Source: Eledone cirrhosa (lineage: Eukaryota). From it: DNA of 64,000 nt. Below are positions 56,755-64,000 of this stretch, one piece after another (the first letter of the stretch is position 1; every line of letters starts with the position of its first letter). Where the stretch lies: contig OZ024764.1 of assembly GCA_964016885.1 (NCBI GenBank), positions 4,526,001-4,590,000 of the forward strand, in the 5' to 3' direction. The position numbers and the translations under genes are program-made. The notes below the pieces were generated by a model, which saw only the letters and a program-made list of their open reading frames with translations, had not been told where the DNA came from and searched no databases.

Positions 56755-57395
56755 ACTTTTCAGAGTGGACTGGGTGCTTTTTCTCATGACACCTACATGA
56801 CCCCTTTACAGTGTAGACTGGGTGCTTTTGTTGTGACACCTACACGACCACTTTACAGTGTAGACTGGGTGCTTTTGTTGTGACACCTACACGACCACTT
56901 TACAGTGTGGACTGGGTGCTTTTTGTTGTGACACCTACATGACCACTTTACAGTGTGGACTGGGTGCTTTTTGTTGTGACACCTACACAACCACTTTACA
57001 GTGTGGACTGGGTGCTTTTTGTTGTGACACCTACATGACCACTTTACAGTGTGGACTGGGTGCTTTTTGTTGTGACACCTACACGACCACTTTACAGTGT
57101 GGACTGGGTGCTTTTTGTTGTGACACCTACATGACCACTTTACAGTGTGGACTGGGTGCTTTTTGTTGTGACACCTACATGACCACTTTACAGTGTGGAC
57201 TGGGTGCTTTTGTTGTGACACCTACACGACCACTTTACAGTGTGAACTGGGTACCTTTTGTTGTGACACCTACACGACCACTTTACAGTGTGAACTGGGT
57301 ACCTTTTGTTGTGACACCTACACGACCACTTTACAGTGTGGACTGGGTACTTTTTGTTGTGTCACCTTCACAACCACTTTACAGTGTGGACTGGG
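56755..57395. repeat. 48-bp SINE-derived minisatellite (reverse orientation of the 43615 family)
   Basis: gacacctacatgaccactttacagtgtggactgggtgctttttgttgt x~13, embedded in the SINE at 56627-57600. Confidence 0.9.
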
Positions 57396-57627
57396 GTGGG
57401 GGGGGGGGGGGGGGGGGGGGGGGTCACTGGATGCATTTTGTATATATGCTTCAGCTTGTGCATGTGGAAAGTTGGGTCTTCTCTATTACTGCGTAGCGCC
57501 AGATATCTTGGTTATGCGTCATCGCCTTTGAGAGGTGCAATTGTGCAAGGTTAGCTTATATCACCTCATCCCAAGTCAGCCTGGGTGTCAACACTATGGC
57601 TTCCATCGATTTATTTATATATATATT

Positions 57628-57661
<34 letters not shown>

Positions 57662-57745
57662 AAAGGTAAACAGAAATAACAACACAATCGATACAGTATA
57701 TGGAAGGTATATATTAGGTTAAAGCTTGATATAGCAGGAAGAGGG

Positions 57746-57781
57746 TCTTAACGTTTCGGATGCTAGTCCTTCATCAGAAGA
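57746..57781 (-). ncRNA. Minimal type I hammerhead ribozyme
   Basis: Minus strand tctt-CTGATGA-a gga ctagca tcc-GAAA-cg-TT^aaga, with the palindrome AACGTT. Confidence 0.72.
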
Positions 57782-57916
57782 AAGAATGAGAAATAAAATA
57801 GATTAAGGGGACGGGTGGGATGGAATTGGAAAAAATGTCTTTAGATAAAATTAATAGGTCCATTCATGTTGACATCTCTTGCAAAACTGTTGGTGCTGGC
57901 CTTTTATATATATATG

Positions 57917-58020
57917 CAGAGTGTCCCCAAAAAAATGTATACACACTTTGATTACTTGTACAGGCAATATTTATTAGAATGCTGTTGAAGTGTGTATAAA
58001 TTTTGGGGGAACACCAAATG
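57917..58020. mobile_element. Small Tc1/mariner-like MITE
   Basis: Imperfect TIRs cagagtgtccccaaaaaaatgtatacacactt / aagtgtgtataaattttgggggaacacc in a TA context. Confidence 0.55.
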
Positions 58021-58399
58021 TATATATATATATAATCATCATCATCATAGTTTAATGTCCATCTTCCATGCTAGCATGGGTTTGGACGGGAATTGTCCCA
58101 CTTGAGGCAAGATTGGTTGTCTTGCTCGGGACTGTCTGGCGGGTTTTTCTACGGCTGGATGCCCTTCCTAACACCAACCACGTTTACAGTGTGGGGCTGG
58201 GTGGTTTTTACCATGTTACCTACACGGCCACATTACAGCGTGGACTGTGTGTTTTTGTCGTGACACCTACACGACCTCATTTGTTTCGGCCTGGATGTTG
58301 TGGCACCAACATAACTTCATATTTAATGGGGTGGGGGTAGTGGGTGGGGGTGTATATTTGATTAAGAGGTGCCTACTGACTAGGTTTTGCTTTGTACTT

Positions 58400-59490
58400 A
58401 GGCAAGGCGGGTTTTCTGTATTACTGCATGGTGCCAAACATCTTGGTCCAGAGACATTGTCTTGTAGAGGTGTAAGTGTGTGAGGTCGGAATTAATCAAG
58501 TCGTCCCAGGTTTTACTGGGTCTGCCTTCTCCGTAGCTTCCGTCAATTTTGATCGGCCTACACTTTTTTATACAGCTGTCGTCTTTCATGCGCATCACGT
58601 GACCATACCAACGTAGCCTTCTCTCGAGTAAACAACATCTGATCCCTCTTATCCCTTATTTCTCACTTAGTTCATTTATGCTTTGCTGTTCACGTATATT
58701 ACTATTACACATCCAGCGGAGTATGCAAGCTTCATTCCTCTCCAGTCTGCGCAGGTCCTCTACACACAATGCCCATGTCTCACTGCCATGTAACATAGCT
58801 GTTCGTATGCAGGCATCATACAGCCTGCCTTTCATTTTTAGAGAGAACCCTTTAGCAGCTAATAGTGGTATAAGCTCTCTGAACTTTTTCCATCCCTTTC
58901 TGACTCTAGCTACTGTACTTTCTGAGCACCCTCCACCACTGCTGATTTTGTCACCCAGGTAACGGAAGGTGTCCACTATTTCTATAGAACCATCTGGGCA
59001 ATAGAAGGAGCTAGTATCCTGTGGGCGCTTGCTACTTATTGTAAAGTCTACGTTCTTAGATAGTTTACCTGTGATCCCACTACATATTTTATGCACCCAT
59101 ACTTTGCATTTGGGACATAAAAGGGAATTTCTGCCTACTCCTTCCCTACACACTGAGTATGGCCATTTCCCAGAGGGGACCTGTGCCCTATTTTTCTTCC
59201 TACAAACTAGAACTTTAGTCTTAGACAAGTTAACTTTAACCCTCTAGCATTCACATTACTCTATATATACTATTATATTTTCATGGTAAACATAATTATC
59301 TCACATGATATCGAATCTATGAGATTTTGAAAGTATTTATTTTGAGAATACCTTAACATCAGTTTGAGTGACCAGTTACAGCCAGTTTCAACAGAAAAGG
59401 GTAGAGAATTCTAGCCGGTTTTGGCCGGTTTGAACATTAAAGGGTTAAGGCCTTTTGATTCTAGGCCATGCTTCCATGTCTGGAATTTCT
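58400..59490 (-). pseudogene. RTE LINE fragment interrupted by a piggyBac-like MITE
   Basis: KFQTWKHGLESKGL|KVNLSKTKVL..SGKWP..FRYLGD..GSETW..RLRWYGHV. Confidence 0.88.
59240..59444. mobile_element. piggyBac-like MITE (205 bp), unexpanded progenitor of the 50/61-bp satellite
   Basis: TTAA TSD on both sides with CCCT..AGGG termini. Removing it restores the RTE reading frame. Confidence 0.85.
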
Positions 59491-59990
59491 CTCTCTATAT
59501 ATATACCGAATGAAACAGTCTTTGTCCTGTAGAAACCATTTCTATATTAAATATATATATACATATATATATATGTACATATATATATATATCAGAATGG
59601 ATGCAGTAAAAACCAGTTAGACCATAACGCACCAGAGTACTCAATACTTGGGGTAGTAGAGTGGGTAATATGACAAATTTGGGGCGCCAACAGCTGAGCT
59701 CCTGCTGTTTCAACGGCTAGACCTGAATGTTTGAATCTGGCTGTTGATATGACAGGAGTGGTGCTATGGGAAGTTGTTTGTGGTTTTATTTCCTGTGGAA
59801 GTTTTGACTCACCATCATCACCATCATCATCATCATCACCACCATCATCATCACCGTCACCACCACCATCAGCATCATCATAATCATCATCACCATCATC
59901 ATCATCACCATCATCACCACCATCATATAAGTTGAACTGGTCATGGATGTCTCCAACTACTCTACAAGGTTCACAGAAGACTTGTGTTAA

Positions 59991-60803
59991 CCCTTTAGCA
60001 TTTACACTACTCTATATATACTATTGTATTTTCACAGTAAAGGCTTTACCTCACATAATATCTCATAACATTTACATTACTCTATATATACTATTGTATT
60101 GTCACAGTAAAGGCTTTACCTCACATAATATCTCACATAACATTTACATTACTCTATATATACTATTGTATTATCACAGTAAAGGCTTTACCTCACATAA
60201 TATCTCACATAACATTTACATTACTCTATATATACTATTGTATTTTCACAGTAAAGGCTTTACCTCACCAATAAATAGAGTAATGTAAATGTTATGTGAG
60301 ACATTATGTGAGGTAAAGCCTTTACTGTGAAAATACAATAGTATATATAGAGTAATGTAAATGTTATGTGAGACATTATGTGAGGTAAAGCCTTTACTGT
60401 GAAAATACAATAGTATATATAGAGTAATGTAAATGTTATGTGAGACATTATGTGAGGTAAAGCCTTTACTGTGAAAATACAATAGTATATATAGAGTAAT
60501 GTAAATGTTATGTGAGATATTATGTGAGGTAAAGCCTTTTCTGTGAAAATACAATAGTATATATAGAGTAATGTAAATGTTATGTGAGATATTATGTGAG
60601 GTAAAGCCTTTACTGTGAAAATACAATAGTATATATAGAGTAATGTAAATGTAATGTGAGATATTATGTGAGGTAAAGCCTTTACTGTGAAAATACAATA
60701 GTATATATAGAGTAATGTAAATGTAATGTGAGATATTATGTGAGGTAAAGCCTTTACTGTGAAAATACAATAGTATATATAGAGTAATGTAGATGCTAAA
60801 GGG
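59991..60803. mobile_element. Palindromic piggyBac-like element: two left ends with opposed satellite arrays
   Basis: TTAA|CCCTTTAGCAT + forward units to ~60268, then reverse units to ATGCTAAAGGG|TTAA. Confidence 0.8.
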
Positions 60804-61098
60804 TTAAACATTATTGTGAGAGCTGATCTGAAATAGGTGAGACTCACAGAGGAAATGACAAACGACAGATATGAGGGGAGAGAAGCTGAGTTGGAAAATT
60901 CCACAGAGAATCATACTGATGATGTTTATGTTGATAACCATTTTATAAGGTTCAATCTTGAAGTGGTTTCAGGCAGTTTGGAAAACTGGCACTGATCATG
61001 GGGGTGTTAAATTGGGTCTAATTGTAGGAAATGTACCAATAGACACCGGTGACATTTATATTGCGTCTTGTATTGCTACAGAATAATATATACACCTA

Positions 61099-61141
<43 letters not shown>

Positions 61142-61280
61142 GTGTGTGTGTATGTGTATATATATGTATAGTAATAATAATAAATTTGAAGACTAAAATC
61201 CAAAGAGGGCTCGATAAGGATAAATATATATCAAATATATAAGAACCGTAGAGCAAATATTTATTAAAATAACAGATTAA

Positions 61281-61331
61281 AGTTTTAGCAAAGAATCGCT
61301 GCTTTCACCCTTAACGGGATCTTCTGAAACT
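61281..61331 (-). ncRNA. Degenerate type I hammerhead (core CAGAAGA, U4->A)
   Basis: Minus strand agttt-CAGAAGA-t ccc gttaa ggg t-GAAA-gca..tgc-TA^aaact. All three stems are intact, with one core substitution. Confidence 0.55.
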
Positions 61332-61694
61332 AAAAAAGTCAATCTGTGAACGCAGAAGTAAATATTTCAAAAAACGTTGCAACCGGAGGAAGACAGGAAG
61401 ACAATACTTTGGTTCGTGGAGACGTTCCCTGGCAAAGAACGGAAAAAAACGAAGATAATACATCATTATTTGGAGCGGTGAAAAACAATTACATGCAAAG
61501 ACGTTTATACCACGTTCATGGTATAAATGGTATAAATGAAGTCGTAGACTAATATTTTATTAGGTGGTTCATGGAGACGTTATTTTAATAAATATATATA
61601 TATATGTGTAAAAGGTAAACAGAAATAACAACACAATCAGTACAGTATATGGAAGGGATATATTAGGTTAACGCTTGATATAGCAGGAAGAGGG

Positions 61695-61730
61695 TCTTAA
61701 AGTTTCGGATGCTAGTCCTTCATCAGAAGA
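61695..61730 (-). ncRNA. Minimal hammerhead, second copy of the 57746 family (stem III palindrome mutated)
   Basis: tctt-CTGATGA-aggactagcatcc-GAAA-ct-TT^aaga, inside a ~170-bp repeat shared with 57655-57825. Confidence 0.55.
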
Positions 61731-61771
61731 ACGAATGAGAAAGAAAATAGATTAAGGGCACGGGCAGCATG

Positions 61772-61802
<31 letters not shown>

Positions 61803-62648
61803 ACATGATGTGTTGTTTCCTTGAGCAAGACACTTTATTTCACATTGCTCCAGTTTACTGAGCTATAGAAATGAGATGATAGGGACTGGGGTCCATATCA
61901 TTCCACTGCAAAGTGGTCGTGGAGGTGCCACGGCAAAAAAGCACCCAGCACTCACTGTAAATGAGGTTGGTGTTAGGAAGGGCATCCAGCTGTAGAAATC
62001 AAGCCAGAATCAGTTCCCATCCCACCCTTGCAAGCAGGGAAAAAGCGGACATAAAATGAAATGAAAATGAATGAAATGAATATATATATATATATTGATG
62101 GAAGTTACGGAGTAGGTAGACCCAGAAAAACCTAGAACAACGTGATAAATTCCGACCTTGCACACTTGCACCTCTCTAAGACAATTTCACGGGATCAAGA
62201 TCTTTGGCGCCACGCAGTAATACAGAAGACCTGCCTCCCCTACGTGCAAAGTTAACCTACAGTCAGTAGACACCTCTTAACCAAACATACACCCCAACCC
62301 ACTACCCCTACCCCATCCTTCCACTCCCTCCAACACCACCCTCTCTCTGTAAAGTTATGTTGGTACCACAACATCCAGTCCGAACTAATGAGGTTGTGTA
62401 GGTGTCACGACAAAAAACACCCAGTCCACGCTGTAATGTGGCCGTGTAGGTAACACGGTAAAAACCTCCCGGTCCACACTGTAAACGTGGTTGGTGTTAG
62501 GAAGGGCATCCAGCCTTAGAAAACCTGCCAGATAGTCCTATATGAGCAAGACACGGTCACCCGACCAATCTTGCCTCAAATGTGACAATTCCCATCTAAC
62601 CCATGCTAGCATGGAAGATGGATGTTAAACAATGATGATGATGATATA

Positions 62649-62683
<35 letters not shown>

Positions 62684-62764
62684 TTGCATGTGAGTTTTTT
62701 TTTGCACATTCAACTGTCAAAATTTAGAAATGTTAACCCAAGCCATTTGTGATTTGGGAGATTT

Positions 62765-62791
62765 AGGTCAAAGTTTAAAGGAGAAAGGTCA
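62765..62791 (+). promoter_or_regulatory. Quadruple DR1 half-site array AGGTCA-A-AGTTTA-A-AGGAGA-A-AGGTCA
   Basis: Read directly, in a unique-sequence island within the presumed FABP intron 1. Confidence 0.45.
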
Positions 62792-63021
62792 AAAAACTAC
62801 TCATGATTAAATAAGATGTGGTGGTGGTGTAGTGTTGGTGGGGGTGGTGGTGAGAGAAGAGTGGGAGAGGTAACTATCTCACACCATATCACAGAAAGAG
62901 GTTTTTGTTATACACTCTATCTATCTCAAAAGCTTTATAAAGAGTCCTCAGTTATCTTAACACACACACACCCTCCAACACAGACATGTGTGTATATATA
63001 CATACATATATATGTGGGGTA

Positions 63022-63620
63022 GAGAAGTCCCCTAAGTCCAGTAAGACAACCTCCCTAGCAGGAATAAAAGCACCCAGTCCATGCTATAAAATGGAGGGGT
63101 GGATAGGGCCCCTGAGTCCAGTAAGACGACCTCTCTAGTGCTGGTGGCATGAATAAAAGCACCCAGTCCATGCTGTAAAATGGAGGGGTGGATAGGGCGC
63201 CTGAGTCCAGTAAGACGACCTCTCTAGTGCTGGTGGCATGAATAAAAGCACCCAGTCCATGCTGTAAAATGGAGGGGTGGATAGGGCCCCTGAGTCCAGT
63301 AAGACGACCTCTCTAGTGCTGGTGGCATGAATAAAAGCACCCAGTCCATGCTGTAAAATGGAGGGGTGGATAGGGCCCCTGAGTCCAGTAAGACGACCTC
63401 TCTAGTGCTGGTGGCATGAATAAAAGCACCCAGTCCATGCTGTAAAATGGAGGGGTGGATAGGGCCCCTGAGTCCAGTAAGACGACCTCTCTAGTGCTGG
63501 TGGCATGAATAAAAGCACCCAGTCCATGCTGTAAAATGGAGGGGTGGATAGGGCCTCTGAGTCCAGTAAGACGACCTCTCTAGTGCCGGTGGCACGAATA
63601 AAAGCACCCAGTCCATGCTG
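63022..63620. repeat. ~89-bp SINE-derived tandem repeat
   Basis: ccctgagtccagtaagacgacctctctagtgctggtggcatgaataaaagcacccagtccatgctgtaaaatggaggggtggataggg x~7. Confidence 0.9.
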
Positions 63621-63622
63621 GG

Positions 63623-64000
63623 TATATATACTATTGTATTTTCACAGTAAAGGCTTTACCTCACATAATATCTCACATAACATTTACATTACTCTATATA
63701 TACTATTGTATTTTCACAGTAAAGGCTTTACCTCACGTAATATCTCACATAACATTACATTACTCTATATATACTATTGTATTTTCACAGTAAAGGCCTT
63801 ACCTCACATAATATCTCACATAATATTTACATTACTCTATATATACTATTGTATTTTCACAGTAAAGGCTTTACCTCACATAATATCTTACATAACATTC
63901 ACATTACTCTATATATACTATTGTATTTTCACAGTAAAGGCTTTACCTCACATAATATCTCACATAACATTTACATTACTCTATATATACTATTGTATTT
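63623..64000. repeat. 61-bp MITE-derived satellite (same family as 1-625)
   Basis: Direct. Confidence 0.92.

Overview
This is repeat-dense eukaryotic genomic DNA, most likely from a cephalopod (octopus-like). The evidence is spliced genes, RTE-tailed tRNA-derived SINEs with (GAT)n tails, very long (TA)n tracts, and an FABP exon resembling squid ReP1-NCXSQ. Two host genes are supported. (1) A complete five-exon SLX1 coding sequence on the minus strand (22601->4847, 275 aa as spliced by hand), whose introns are swollen by satellites, including a ~9 kb 63/65-bp array. (2) Exon 1 of an FABP/ReP1-NCXSQ-like gene on the plus strand (53247-53319), with tandem DR1 nuclear-receptor-type half-site arrays upstream and in intron 1. 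Most long ORFs in the supplied track are microsatellite or satellite artefacts. The rest of the window is LINE fragments (RTE, CR1/L2, R4-like, CRE-like), SINEs, a Helitron, hAT, piggyBac-like and Tc1-like MITEs, and TE-derived minisatellites. The strongest hidden signal is about 12 complete type I hammerhead ribozyme folds plus several half-copies, from about 8 sequence families. All sit in short, often palindromic elements in or beside (TA)n tracts, consistent with Penelope-like pLTR or retrozyme remnants. All folds and splices were made by eye; no searches were run.
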